Source of the DNA: Candidatus Moraniibacteriota bacterium
GTDB taxonomy: Bacteria > Patescibacteriota > Minisyncoccia > Moranbacterales > GCA-2747515
Length of the DNA stretch: 64,000 nucleotides
Direction of reading: 5' to 3'
NCBI GenBank assembly: GCA_046116545.1
Contig: CP175956.1
Span: 577,734 to 641,733, forward strand
The notes below the pieces were generated by a model. It ran no database searches and was not told the origin of the DNA. It saw only the letters and a list, made by a program, of their open reading frames with translations. A program made the translations under genes and the position numbers. Of the stretch, positions 30,147-41,400 are shown piece after piece (position 1 is the stretch's first letter; each line of letters opens with the position of its first letter).

Positions 30147-30353
30147 CTATTTTACAGTAAATGGTAATAGAGCCATATGTCGTGAACGCTTTACAGCGCG
30201 TGAAATTTGTCTTTGTGAATAAGCATCAACATTATATCTCTTTGGTGGATATATCTTTGCTTGTGAGTTTAGGAATCGACGTAAGTAGATGCTGTCTTTG
30301 TAATCAATAGCATCTAATGTTTTATCGCCAACTCTGATTTTTCGTTTAGCCAT
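30147..30353 (-). CDS. rpsR: 30S ribosomal protein S18
   Basis: IDYKD, QR.I.RAVKRSRHMALLP. Confidence 0.95.
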   Translation of the reverse strand: MAKRKIRVGDKTLDAIDYKDSIYLRRFLNSQAKIYPPKRYNVDAYSQRQISRAVKRSRHMALLPFTVK

Positions 30354-30376
30354 AATAAATTAATTTTAACTTTTAC

Positions 30377-30859
30377 TTAAAAAGGTACATCTTCTATCTT
30401 CACTTCATCTGCTTCATCATCTAGGTTGATTGTTGGAATTTCTTCTTCCTTGGGTTGTTCAGGTGCAGCTGCTGGAGCAGTGTTTTGGTTATTATTGTAA
30501 CCACCCTGTTGTCCACCTCCGCCGGCACCAGCCTTAGCTCCAAATTCAAAGTTTTCCATTACAATCTCAGTGCGGTACATTTTTTTCCCAGTATCTTTGT
30601 CATCCCAGCTACTAGTCTCTAGGCGACCTTCAACATAGATTTCTTGTCCTTTAGTCATGTATTGTGCAATTACTTCTCCTCGTTTTCCCCAAGCTATTAC
30701 ATTATGAAATTCAGTTTTTTCATTTTGTTGTCCATCTTGTCCCTTCCATTTGCTTGAAGTAGCAACAGAGAAGTTAGTTATAGATTGACCTGTTTGGGTT
30801 GTCCGTTTTTCGGGGTCACGAGTCAAGCGTCCTACTACAATTGCTTTATTTACATTCAT
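30377..30859 (-). CDS. ssb: Single-stranded DNA-binding protein
   Basis: NKAIVVGRLTRDPE, VEGRL, acidic DVPF tail. Confidence 0.97.
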   Translation of the reverse strand: MNVNKAIVVGRLTRDPEKRTTQTGQSITNFSVATSSKWKGQDGQQNEKTEFHNVIAWGKRGEVIAQYMTKGQEIYVEGRLETSSWDDKDTGKKMYRTEIVMENFEFGAKAGAGGGGQQGGYNNNQNTAPAAAPEQPKEEEIPTINLDDEADEVKIEDVPF

Positions 30860-30876
30860 AATTTTGTGTTTACTTT

Positions 30877-31320
30877 TTAGATGTTCAATGCTTTTTCTAA
30901 TTTGCCATCAATTTTTTCACCTTTTTCCTTCAATTGTGTTTTTCCATCTTTATTTTCTTCTGCCAATGCTTTTGCAAATGATTCAAGTGAAGGAAGTTCT
31001 TCTGCACTTACTACGATATAACGTAGGATATCTTTCCTAAGATTCATTTGTCGTGTAACTTCACCAATTACGTTTGGTGCCATTTCATCAGCTTCTAGAT
31101 TTTCTTCTTTTGTATCTTTGTCAGGCAATGTAAATCTTTGCACAAAATATGTGCCACGCCAGTTGTGGTTGATTTTATATGAAAGTTTTCTTTCAAACTC
31201 AATAGACTCACCAGCCCATTCACCACCTGCAGTTTCTACAAGTGCTTTTACCTCATCTTTGATGCGAGGAAAATCTTGGTTGTCTTTCTCAGAAATGAGA
31301 AACATCAATTCGTATTCCAT
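30877..31320 (-). CDS. rpsF: 30S ribosomal protein S6
   Basis: YELMF, RKLSYKI, ILRY; rpsF-ssb-rpsR synteny. Confidence 0.92.
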   Translation of the reverse strand: MEYELMFLISEKDNQDFPRIKDEVKALVETAGGEWAGESIEFERKLSYKINHNWRGTYFVQRFTLPDKDTKEENLEADEMAPNVIGEVTRQMNLRKDILRYIVVSAEELPSLESFAKALAEENKDGKTQLKEKGEKIDGKLEKALNI

Positions 31321-31751
31321 AAGAATAGTTATCAATTAATTAATAAAAAATGAATAATTAAATAAAAAATCCATTCAAATATACAAAAATCCTGCATATT
31401 TCTAAAATGGAAATATTTTGTATCCTATCCATACTTAAGTAAAAAAGTGGCGGGATACATAAGGACTTTTCAATTTGTTAAAAGAATTATATCATAAAAA
31501 AAGATTGAGCGCAATACTAAAATAACACTTTATTAATATATTTTTGTATGTATAAAATTAAAATATAAAAATTTGATTATAAATATTTAATAGTATTGGT
31601 ATTCTACTTAAGATTGCATAATTATGACATGAAAGAAAAAATATATAGTTACGTAATAAGAAGCAGAACTGGCCATTCTAAAAAATAATTAATGTAAAAT
31701 CTATATATTTTATAGCACTATGAAAATAGGATTATAAAGTAAAATAAGTAA

Positions 31752-32213
31752 ATGAAAAAGAATTATAAAACAACAATTGGTGTATTTGCTCTTGCAGCAA
31801 TAGCATTAACAGGATCACAAATCGCAGCAAATGCGTATCAAGGTGATTACACAAAGCAAGGACCGAATTATTCTGAGGAACGACATACTACGATGACACA
31901 AGCATTTGAATCAGGTGATTATAACACTTGGAAAGGACAAATGGATGGTCGTGGTCGTGTAACAGCTGTAGTAACAGAAGAAAATTTTGCTAGATTTGCA
32001 GAAGCTCATCGATTAGGGTTGGCAGGAGACACTGCTGGAGCAGATGCAATTAGAGCTGAACTTGGACTTCGTACAAGTAATGGAGAAAAAGGTGGACATG
32101 GTTATGGTAAAGGTGAAGGACAGGGTCGTGGACAAGGTGAAAATCGTGGACAAAACAAAGGTGGAAATTTTGTTGACGCTGATGGTAATGGGACATGTGA
32201 CAACATGAACTAA
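31752..32213 (+). CDS. Secreted hypothetical protein with Gly-rich tail and DADGNG motif
   Basis: Signal peptide; FVDADGNGTCD. Confidence 0.75.
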   Translation: MKKNYKTTIGVFALAAIALTGSQIAANAYQGDYTKQGPNYSEERHTTMTQAFESGDYNTWKGQMDGRGRVTAVVTEENFARFAEAHRLGLAGDTAGADAIRAELGLRTSNGEKGGHGYGKGEGQGRGQGENRGQNKGGNFVDADGNGTCDNMN

Positions 32214-32286
32214 TTATCTTATTTAAGGGAGAAATACATTTTCTCCCTTAGCATAAGATCATTAATTAATAAATAACAAATGATTT

Positions 32287-33090
32287 ATGAACAAGAAAAA
32301 TATATATATGTATGTGGGCGTTGCTGCAATGGGAGTAATGGCAACAACATCAGTTCAAGCTATAGGAGGTCAAGGTGCAGGAGGTGGAATGGGTAATGGA
32401 AGTGGACAAAGAGGTATACAAAATATGATAGATGAAGATGGCAATGGAATAGCAGATGGCTTAGATGACTTTGATGGTGATGGAATAATTAATCGTGACG
32501 ATGATGATTATGAAAAGCAATATATAAATATGCAAGATACAGATGAGGATGGTATTGCAAATCGTATTGATGAGGATTACGAGCCTGCAGAAAATGGAAT
32601 TAATCGTTCAGATACAGTAGGACAGAAGCAAATGATACAAAACAGAGAACAAATACAACAGCAAGATGCTGATGATATAGCATCTGAAATTCAGAATCGT
32701 GTGACAAATCGTAATCAAAATCGTGTTGCAAATCAAAATGATGGAGTTTTTGGAGAAAAAGTACGTGCAATAGCACAAGAACAAGAGAGGTTGCAAAAAG
32801 GTATTGCAGATGATATAGCAACTTTACAAAAACAAAGTGGTTTCAAAAGAATGTTTGTAGGTGCTAATAAAGCTAATGTACAAAGTGCAGAAGATCAACT
32901 TGCAAGGCATGAGGAACGTATTGTACAATTAAAAGACATTAGTGCATCAACAACAGATTTAGAAGATAAATCACTTATTGATGAACAAATTGAATTAATG
33001 GAATCTGCTGGTTCTCGATTGCAAAAGCAAATTGCAGATAGTAGTGGAGGATTTAGTTTATTTGGATGGGCTATGAATTTATTTAATTAA
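32287..33090 (+). CDS. Secreted protein with DxDGDG acidic (putative Ca-binding) repeats and coiled coil
   Basis: DEDGNG, DFDGDG, DTDEDG motifs. Confidence 0.75.
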   Translation: MNKKNIYMYVGVAAMGVMATTSVQAIGGQGAGGGMGNGSGQRGIQNMIDEDGNGIADGLDDFDGDGIINRDDDDYEKQYINMQDTDEDGIANRIDEDYEPAENGINRSDTVGQKQMIQNREQIQQQDADDIASEIQNRVTNRNQNRVANQNDGVFGEKVRAIAQEQERLQKGIADDIATLQKQSGFKRMFVGANKANVQSAEDQLARHEERIVQLKDISASTTDLEDKSLIDEQIELMESAGSRLQKQIADSSGGFSLFGWAMNLFN

Positions 33091-33104
33091 TTATATTAGG
33101 CAGG

Positions 33105-34322
33105 GTGAAACAAGATAAGAAATCGATGTATGTTCACATCAAAACAATTGAATTAGCATGGAAGAGTTTACATAAAAATAAATTTCGGTCTTTTCTGACG
33201 TCTTTGGGAATTATCATTGGTGCTGCGACAATTGTTTTAGTAATAGAAATGGGGGCTGGTGCGAGTGAAAAAATTGAAGAGCAGTATTCAAATATGAGTG
33301 TTACAACAATTTTGATTAATGCACCATCAGGGGCTGATGGTAATAGGTCTAAATTAAGTGATGAAGATATCGATGCTCTCCTTATGAGTGAAAATATTAC
33401 AAATGCTGTTCCACAGTTATCAGGCAAAATGCAGGTAACTGGTGGAGACAATTCATATCAGTCAAATATTGTCGGTACTACTTCGGGATTTACAGATATT
33501 GCAAGCATTGAGATGAGTAGTGGGGAGTTTTTTACTGATGAAGATGAGGATGATCATACTAAGGTTGTTGTAATTGGAGCAACAGTTGCAGAAGAGTTGT
33601 ATGGAGATAGAAACGCAAAAGTAGTTGGTGAAGATATTATGGTTGGAAAAAAGCAATTTGAAATTGTAGGTGTTGCTGCATATAAAGGTGGGTCAATTGG
33701 CCCAACGTCAGTTGATGATAGCGTGATGATGCCGTACTCATCTGCATATAGGTATGCACTAGGTAAAAGTGGTAAGTTTAATTTAAACGTACAAGCTGCA
33801 GATGTAGATGTATTGGATCTTGCTATGGAGGACGCGGGTAATATTTTACGTAAAGAACATAATATCCGTGTAGGTATGACAGATGATTTCAGACTGCGTG
33901 ATATGGGTGCAAATGTGCAATCTGCAAAAGATAGTGCACGGACAATGTCACTCCTACTAGGTAGTGTTGGATTTATAGTTTTGCTTGTTGGAGGCATTGG
34001 AATTATGAATGTTATGCATATTATAGTAAAAGAGCGTACAAAAGAAATTGGTATAAGAAAGGCAATTGGAGCAAAACGAATATACATATTATTACAGTTT
34101 TTGTTTGAAGCTATAATTCTAAGTGCTTTTGGTGCTATTGTTGGTATAATTATTGCCACAGGATTATTCTATATATTAGCGGGGTATGGATTAGATATTG
34201 TGTTTGTGTGGTGGAGTTATGTATTGTCAATATTTTTTACAGTTGCTATTGGTGTATTTTTTGGATACTATCCAGCACTGAATGCTTCACGATTAAAACC
34301 AATAGATACATTGCACGAATAA
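33105..34322 (+). CDS. MacB/FtsX-type ABC transporter permease
   Basis: RSFLTSLGIIIG, VGGIGIMN, ERTKEIGIRKAIGA, GYYPA. Confidence 0.93.
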   Translation: MKQDKKSMYVHIKTIELAWKSLHKNKFRSFLTSLGIIIGAATIVLVIEMGAGASEKIEEQYSNMSVTTILINAPSGADGNRSKLSDEDIDALLMSENITNAVPQLSGKMQVTGGDNSYQSNIVGTTSGFTDIASIEMSSGEFFTDEDEDDHTKVVVIGATVAEELYGDRNAKVVGEDIMVGKKQFEIVGVAAYKGGSIGPTSVDDSVMMPYSSAYRYALGKSGKFNLNVQAADVDVLDLAMEDAGNILRKEHNIRVGMTDDFRLRDMGANVQSAKDSARTMSLLLGSVGFIVLLVGGIGIMNVMHIIVKERTKEIGIRKAIGAKRIYILLQFLFEAIILSAFGAIVGIIIATGLFYILAGYGLDIVFVWWSYVLSIFFTVAIGVFFGYYPALNASRLKPIDTLHE

Positions 34323-34441
34323 AACTTATGTGTTTTGCACATTTCTGCGTCAGAAGTAAATTAATTCAATCAGTGTATTTTCATACACTTCAATCATTAA
34401 TGTACTTCTTCCTTGAACTGAACAAAACACATAAGTTTTAT
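34319..34441. mobile_element. MITE-like element, 123 bp with 19-bp terminal inverted repeats
   Basis: ATAAAACTTATGTGTTTTG (34319-34337) / CAAAACACATAAGTTTTAT (34423-34441), non-coding interior. Confidence 0.55.
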
Positions 34442-34486
34442 AAAAAAGGTTAAATATATTTTTTAAATTAATAACATAACAAAAGT

Positions 34487-34978
34487 ATGAAGAACTATAT
34501 TGTAGGAACAATTGTTTTACTGGGTGCTGTCACATTTTTAAGTGGTTGTGGGACTGAAGAAAATAATGATCTTGCACAATTACAGGATATTGTATCAAGT
34601 GATACAGAGTCTTTGAGTACACCTAGTCGGCCAGCTGAAATAAATGGTACAATTGCATCAATGGAAGGTAATCAACTTGTTGTAAAGAATGAAGTAGGAA
34701 GAGAAGTTCTATCTGATGAAGAACGGGAAGCACGAAAGGCAGATCGAGCAAGTATGACTCAGGAAGAAAAACAAGCAGCACGTGCGCAAGAAATGGAGGC
34801 TGTAGAGGTTGATGATGTGTCAGTAGTTGTACCTGTTGGAGCTATGATGATAAAAGGGACTGGAACTGGTGACGGAGGAAGTATGAAAGCTATTTTTGAT
34901 GATTTAAAAGAGGGTGCTTATATTTCTGTGTGGATGGATGGAGATAACGTGGAGGCTATTAAGATAAAAGGTTTATAA
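34487..34978 (+). CDS. Lipoprotein
   Basis: Lipobox LSGC. Confidence 0.8.
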   Translation: MKNYIVGTIVLLGAVTFLSGCGTEENNDLAQLQDIVSSDTESLSTPSRPAEINGTIASMEGNQLVVKNEVGREVLSDEEREARKADRASMTQEEKQAARAQEMEAVEVDDVSVVVPVGAMMIKGTGTGDGGSMKAIFDDLKEGAYISVWMDGDNVEAIKIKGL

Positions 34979-34984
34979 TTTTAT

Positions 34985-36172
34985 ATGAAAAAAGCAAAAG
35001 TGATAAAAATTGTAGGAATAATCGTAACGATTAGTTTGATAGCTTACGGTATAATTTATTTTGGATTTTTGAAAAAGGATGTCCCAGAGTTGGAATATAC
35101 TACAGAAAAAGTCATAAAGGGTAATATTCAATCATCAATTTCAGTTGATGGAACTATTGTTTTTGATACGTGGAATTTAGAGTTTTTGAATTCTGGTATT
35201 GTACAGACAATTGATGTTGAATTAGGTGATGAAGTTAAAAAAGATCAAGTCATTGCGGTTTTAGATGCAAGTGCAGAAAGTAATCGTATAGCTCAGTCGA
35301 CAGCAGATTTAAATGCAAGTGTTGCAAATAGAGATCGTATGAGTGAGGATGGTGTTGATTATGAACTTCAAAAAAAGAAGTATAGTGCATCTAAAGATAA
35401 GGCAGACACAGAAGATGATTTATATGATGAATATGTAGATCAATATGGCAAGGAATCAACACAAGCTTTGTCTCAAAAAATCAAAAAAGAATCAGCAGAA
35501 GATGATGTGAAAATAACTAAAAAACAATTAGAACAAGTGGAGGTTAGTTACGATAATGCACAATATCAAGTTGATAAAAGTAGCTCCGCATACCAACAGT
35601 CGTTGCAGGCATATGATGATTATGAAATCACAGCTCCTGTAAGTGGTGCAATAATTGCACAGATAAATGGTACTGAGGGTAGTGTTATTTTAAATAATAA
35701 CAACAGTACAACAGAGCCATTTATTGTTATGGTTGATCCAGATAGCTTTTGGTTTGAAACTTATGTGGAAGATGTGGAAGCACTAAAAATTACGCCAGAT
35801 ATGAAAGCATATATAACTCTGGATGCATATCCAAATGAAGAGTTTGAAGGCCGTGCAATTTTTGTATCACCTGTAGCTGAGCTTGATTCAAATGATTTAG
35901 CAACATACAAAGTAATTATTGCCGTTGATGATATTGAAGAGCAATTATTGAGTGATATGTTTGGTTCTGCTGAATTAGTGTCAGAAGAGGTGCGGGATGT
36001 ACTTATGATTTCAAGTGCAGCTGTTACAAATAAAAATGGTAAAAAAATTGTTATTATCAAAACTTCAAATGGATTTGAGGAGAAAGAAGTAAATACTGGA
36101 TTTACAAATGGTAAAAAAGTTGAAATTACATCAGGACTAAAGTTGGGAGAAGAAATTGTAATTATAAAATAA
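34985..36172 (+). CDS. Efflux transporter periplasmic adaptor (MacA/HlyD-like)
   Basis: N-terminal TM, lipoyl-like VELGDEVKKDQ and ITAPVSG, coiled coil, VEITSGLKLGE. Confidence 0.9.
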   Translation: MKKAKVIKIVGIIVTISLIAYGIIYFGFLKKDVPELEYTTEKVIKGNIQSSISVDGTIVFDTWNLEFLNSGIVQTIDVELGDEVKKDQVIAVLDASAESNRIAQSTADLNASVANRDRMSEDGVDYELQKKKYSASKDKADTEDDLYDEYVDQYGKESTQALSQKIKKESAEDDVKITKKQLEQVEVSYDNAQYQVDKSSSAYQQSLQAYDDYEITAPVSGAIIAQINGTEGSVILNNNNSTTEPFIVMVDPDSFWFETYVEDVEALKITPDMKAYITLDAYPNEEFEGRAIFVSPVAELDSNDLATYKVIIAVDDIEEQLLSDMFGSAELVSEEVRDVLMISSAAVTNKNGKKIVIIKTSNGFEEKEVNTGFTNGKKVEITSGLKLGEEIVIIK

Positions 36173-36175
36173 GAC

Positions 36176-36835
36176 ATGGAAAAATTAATTTCATTGCAAA
36201 AAATTCATAAAGGATATCAATTGGGCAAAAACTTTGTTCCAATTATTAAAGGTGTTGATATTGAAATTGTAAAGGGAGAATTCATTGTACTCATGGGTCC
36301 ATCTGGATCAGGGAAGACAACACTTATGAATGTTTTGGGTTGTTTGGATGTGCCAGAAAAAGGAAAGTATTTTTTGGATGGGCAAGATGTGTCGCATATG
36401 AGTGAAGATGAATTATCAGAAATACGTAATAAACATATAGGATTTGTGTTTCAAAGTTTTAATCTAATACCAGATTTAACTGTGTTGGAAAATGTTTCAT
36501 TGCCAAGCCTGTATGCTGGAAATGAAGATATTGATAAAGCAAAAAAGATTTTAGAGGAAATTGGACTTGGTGAAAGATTAGAACATCAACCAAATGAATT
36601 GTCTGGTGGGCAAAAACAACGTGTGGCAATTGCAAGAGCACTTATTAATAGTCCAGATATAATTTTTGCAGATGAACCAACGGGAAATCTTGATTCAAAA
36701 TCGGGTAAGGAAGTGATGGAAATCTTTCGTAAATTAAATGAAGGTGGTACAACAATTATTTTGGTAACACACGATGCATTTACAGCAAGTTTTGCATCAC
36801 GTACAATTGATTTAAAGGATGGTCTTATTATTTAG
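36176..36835 (+). CDS. ABC transporter ATP-binding protein (LolD/MacB type)
   Basis: GPSGSGKT, LSGGQKQR, ADEPTGNLD, VTHD. Confidence 0.95.
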   Translation: MEKLISLQKIHKGYQLGKNFVPIIKGVDIEIVKGEFIVLMGPSGSGKTTLMNVLGCLDVPEKGKYFLDGQDVSHMSEDELSEIRNKHIGFVFQSFNLIPDLTVLENVSLPSLYAGNEDIDKAKKILEEIGLGERLEHQPNELSGGQKQRVAIARALINSPDIIFADEPTGNLDSKSGKEVMEIFRKLNEGGTTIILVTHDAFTASFASRTIDLKDGLII

Positions 36836-36905
36836 TTTGAAATAATTACGCATAATATGCGTATTAATTAACTGAAGGCAATAATTAAGTTAATTTTAAA
36901 TAATT

Positions 36906-37718
36906 ATGAAGAAGAAAAAAATTATAGTCGCAACAATGACAATGATGATGGTAGTTATTTTTGCAGGTTGTGAACAAATTCAAAAAGAAAGTGCGGTAGA
37001 ACAAGTGAAGGATTTAGCAAGTGATATGGCAGCAGTTGATGAATATGTTGTAGATCCAAGTGATAATATACAACCGCATACTCTAATTAGTGACATTGCA
37101 GCTGGAGACTTGAGTGAGGCTGAGGAAGCTGGATTAATTTTGATGCGGGAAGAAGAAAAATTAGCACATGATGTATACATGACATTGTATGAAAAATGGG
37201 GTCAAAATACATTTCAAAATATTGCAAAAAGTGAGCAAACACATACAGACACTGTAAAAGTATTACTTGATAAGTATGGCATTACAGATCCTGTGGTGAG
37301 TAGTGAAGTTGGTGTGTTTACGGCACCAGAGATGCAAAAGTTGTATGATGATTTGGTTGCAAAGGGTAATGTAAGTCTTGTAGAAGCCTTAACTGTAGGG
37401 ACAATTGTTGAGGATTTAGATATTAGTGATTTAAATAAACTTTTGGCAGAAACTGATAATGAGGATATTCAAATTGCATACCAAAATCTTAATAAGGGTT
37501 CACGTAATCATTTGAGAGCTTATGTACGACAGTTGGAGCGCAATGGTGGAGAATATACACCACAATATATTAGTCAGGCAGAATATGATGAAATTATTGC
37601 AGGAGAACAAGAGCGTGGAAGTGTGGATGCAAAAGGTCAAGGGCAAAATACAGGAAGTCGTCAAGGCGGGGGTAGAGGTAATGGTGGCGGTGGGCAGGGT
37701 ATGAATCGTGTACAATAA
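36906..37718 (+). CDS. DUF2202 ferritin-like lipoprotein
   Basis: FAGC lipobox; MREEEKLAHDVY, SEQTH, EDLDI, GSRNHLRA. Confidence 0.85.
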   Translation: MKKKKIIVATMTMMMVVIFAGCEQIQKESAVEQVKDLASDMAAVDEYVVDPSDNIQPHTLISDIAAGDLSEAEEAGLILMREEEKLAHDVYMTLYEKWGQNTFQNIAKSEQTHTDTVKVLLDKYGITDPVVSSEVGVFTAPEMQKLYDDLVAKGNVSLVEALTVGTIVEDLDISDLNKLLAETDNEDIQIAYQNLNKGSRNHLRAYVRQLERNGGEYTPQYISQAEYDEIIAGEQERGSVDAKGQGQNTGSRQGGGRGNGGGGQGMNRVQ

Positions 37719-37781
37719 GTATGTAAAAAATTCTCACTAATATTTTTAGTGAGAATTTTGTTTTTGTATAATAATAAAATT

Positions 37782-38360
37782 ATGAAAAAAATAATTATAA
37801 TAAGTGTATTTTTATTAATGCCGTTATTTACGTTTGCACAGTGGGATGATTGTCCCTTTGGCGAAACAGATGATAGCTGTTCAGCACCTGGTAAATGTGG
37901 TAGATATACAGATTCGAATAGTGATCAGATTTGTGATCATTCGCAAGATGCTCCGATTCAAGAAATTAAGATAACAAAAGATACTGTTATATCAAGTGTG
38001 CAAGATGTGACTAAAAATAATGAATCTCAAATAGAAACACAAACAAGAAATCAGTATCCATTGTTTATGATTGTTATAGTAACTAGTTTATTGTATAGCA
38101 TGACATATATCCTTGCACAAAATAAGACAATAACGGTAGTTATGCATAAAAAGATTTGGAATAGCGTGCTTACAGTAGCATTTTTGGCAACATCTATTTT
38201 GGGCATAATGTTGATTATGCGTATTAATTCTGGTAATACATCTACACCTCCATTTAATATAATGTATTGGCATGTAGTAACAGGAATTGTAATGATGACA
38301 GTCACAGCATTTCATATAGGATGGCATTGGAGATATTATAAAAATCTTTTTAAAAAATAA
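37782..38360 (+). CDS. Membrane protein with His-bearing helices (DUF4405-like)
   Basis: CPFG...CGRYTD..D.ICD N-domain; WHVVTG, FHIGWHW. Confidence 0.7.
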   Translation: MKKIIIISVFLLMPLFTFAQWDDCPFGETDDSCSAPGKCGRYTDSNSDQICDHSQDAPIQEIKITKDTVISSVQDVTKNNESQIETQTRNQYPLFMIVIVTSLLYSMTYILAQNKTITVVMHKKIWNSVLTVAFLATSILGIMLIMRINSGNTSTPPFNIMYWHVVTGIVMMTVTAFHIGWHWRYYKNLFKK

Positions 38361-38494
38361 ATTTGAGATGTAATAAAAATTAAAAAAACGCTGAAATAAG
38401 GCGTTTTTTTAAATTATCTAAGGTGTAATTTTGGTTAGTACTTAGTACATGGTATAATGTGAAGAACTTTTATTAGAAAAACACACATAAAAAT

Positions 38495-41400
38495 ATGAAA
38501 AAAAATATTGTCAAGCTTTTGGGTGTATTTGTTTTTTTTGCGTACCTTGTATCAATGTCCACTACTACAACTTTTGCAGTAGATGAAACAACTATTGAAG
38601 AAATTATTCCAAATGAATTTCAAGGAGGTGGAATAGCGCAAGGATGGCAAGGGGATGATGATAATTGGGATTATGCACTTCCATTCACATTCAATTTTTA
38701 TGGAGTAGATTATACTAATATAAAAATAGGTTCAAATGGAGCTATTTGTCTGGATAATGCACAAAACTGTACATGGTATGCAGAAATAAATAGTAGTTGG
38801 ATGGGGCCAGTTATAACAGCTCTAGGTAAAGACCTTATAACGAATGATATATTTATAACAGAAAGTTCGGATAATGTTGTTATACGGTGGGCTGTAACAG
38901 AATATGGTACATCAAATCAAATAAACTTTGAAGTAGTATTGTATAGTGATGGAAATATAAAGTTTAATTATGGAAATTCTGATATAGCACTTTCAGGTGG
39001 CGCAGTAGTTGGAATTCTTAAAGGTGATGGCATAATATATACAGAATCAGTCTATCATCAAAATACAGAGTTTGATCAAGTGGATACATCAGCATGGGGT
39101 GAGTTTGGAATAGGTGTTGAGAGTTTTTTTCCAGCAGATAATGAAGCTGGTGTGTTTTTGGATACAGACTTAAAAATAACTTTTGATACTGAAATATATC
39201 AAGGAATAGGCAATATTGAAATAAAGAAAAAATCAGATAATTCTATTGTAGAAATGATAGATGTTACAGCAGGTCAAGTAACGGGCTTTGGAACAGTAGA
39301 TATTACAATTTCAACAAATATTGAATTACAAACATATACGCAATATTATGTAACAGTAGATGAAAATACATTTAAAGATATAGATGATGAAGCATATTTA
39401 GAAATAAGTGATAATACAACATGGAACTTTTCAACAGGGGACGGTTATATTATAAAAACAATTTCAGAGGGACGATGTTATGAAATTGGCTCTGCTGAAA
39501 CACAAAAGCCAACAAATACAGAATTATCATACTCAAATGATAATCAAGTGACTTGGACTTATGTGCCTGAAGATCAGGGTACTGGAGGGGACTGTAATAT
39601 TACGGATGTACGACTTAATGTTTTTGCAGATACACAAACAATTGGTGAAAACTTAGAAACCGAGTTTGTGGGAACACTTATAGATACACAAGTTACTAAT
39701 AATGATGATGGAGAAGTTGGTTTAGTATATAATAATGTGGGAACATATGTGTTTGGTAGCACAAACAGAGATGATGGGCAGAGTATTGTAGTAGATACAC
39801 AAAATAATGTATATATTGCAGGAGCCTTTAGTGACACGGTAGACTTCAATCAATCGGGTATCGGGTTACCAGACAACCATACTAGCACTGGTTATCAAGA
39901 TATTTTCATTACAAAATATAATGCAGATAGTTCATATGGTTATACTTATGCAATGGGTGGAACAAATAATGACGTTGGATATGACATCGCAACAGATTCT
40001 CAAGATAATGTTTATATAATTGGAAGCTTTCATTTGACAGTTGATTTTAATCAAACGGGTAGTGGATTGCCAGATATACACACAAGTAATAGTAGACGTG
40101 ATATTTTTATCACAAAAATAAATGCAGATGGTAGCTATGGCTACACGTATACATTTGGAGGACTTCCAGATACTTTTGGAAATAATAATTATGGGTATGC
40201 AATTGCAATAGATTCTCAGGACAATGTTTACGGTATGGGAAATTTTTCTAGAACAATAGACTTCAATCAAACAGGTAGTGGTTCAGTAGATAATCATGTT
40301 AGCAATGGTTATTATGACATATTTATCACAAAAATAAATACAGATGGATCTTATGGTCATACGTATACAATGGGAGGAGTAGGTTATGATTATGGACATG
40401 AGATTACGACGGATACACAAAATAATGTATATATTACAGGTGCTTTTAGTGGCACGGTAGATTTTAATCAAACTGGCAGTGGCTCACCAGATAGTCATAC
40501 GAGCAATGGTAGTAGAGACATATTTATAACAAAATATAACGCAGATGGCTCATATGGCTATACTTATACAATGGGGGATGTAACCTATAATGCTGGACGA
40601 GGTCTTGTGGTGGATACACAAAATAATGTATATATTACAGGAGAGTTTAGTGGCACAGTGGACTTTAATCAAACAGGTAGTGGGTTACCAGATAGTCATA
40701 CTAGTAATGGTATTTTAGACATATTTATTACAAAATATAACCCCGATGGCTCATATGGTTACACTTATACAATGGGTGGATTGGGTTATGATTATGGAAA
40801 TGGAGTTACTCTGGATATGCAGGACAACGTATATATTACAGGATCCTTTAATAACACAGTAGATTTTAATCAAACGAACGGTGGTAGTTCAGATGTGTAT
40901 GTGAGCAATGGCGCTTATGATATTTTTATTACAAAGATAAATGTAGATGGTTCTTATGGTTGGACTAATACATTTGGTGGAACAGATTCAGATTTTGGCC
41001 TTGGTGTGGCACTGGATGATTCCAATGATGTTCTTGTGACAGGGATTTTTAAAGGCACTGTAGAGTTTAATCAAACAGGTGCAGGATTGGCAGAATCATA
41101 TGTAAGTAAGGGTGATTATGATATTTTTATTACAAAATATAACGCAGATGGTTCATATGGAACATTTTTTTCAGATAGTTACAAGACAGTAGGAGATTAT
41201 CAAGTACAGATAGCACATAATGATTCTATGGCGTGGCAACAGTTAGAGATAATGAGCAATGATCCAATAGACACAAACTTGGAATATACAATATTAGATA
41301 ATACTTGTGCAAACACGCTCGTAGGGCCAATATCTGATACTATGATAGATTTATCGTCAATTGGAAATAGTGATGCGGGGTTATGTTTTCAGACAAATTT

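Noticed and set aside
31336-31751. Long AT-rich intergenic region as oriC or S6:S18 leader RNA
   Set aside because: No DnaA boxes spotted and no convincing leader structure by eye; consistent with divergent promoters.
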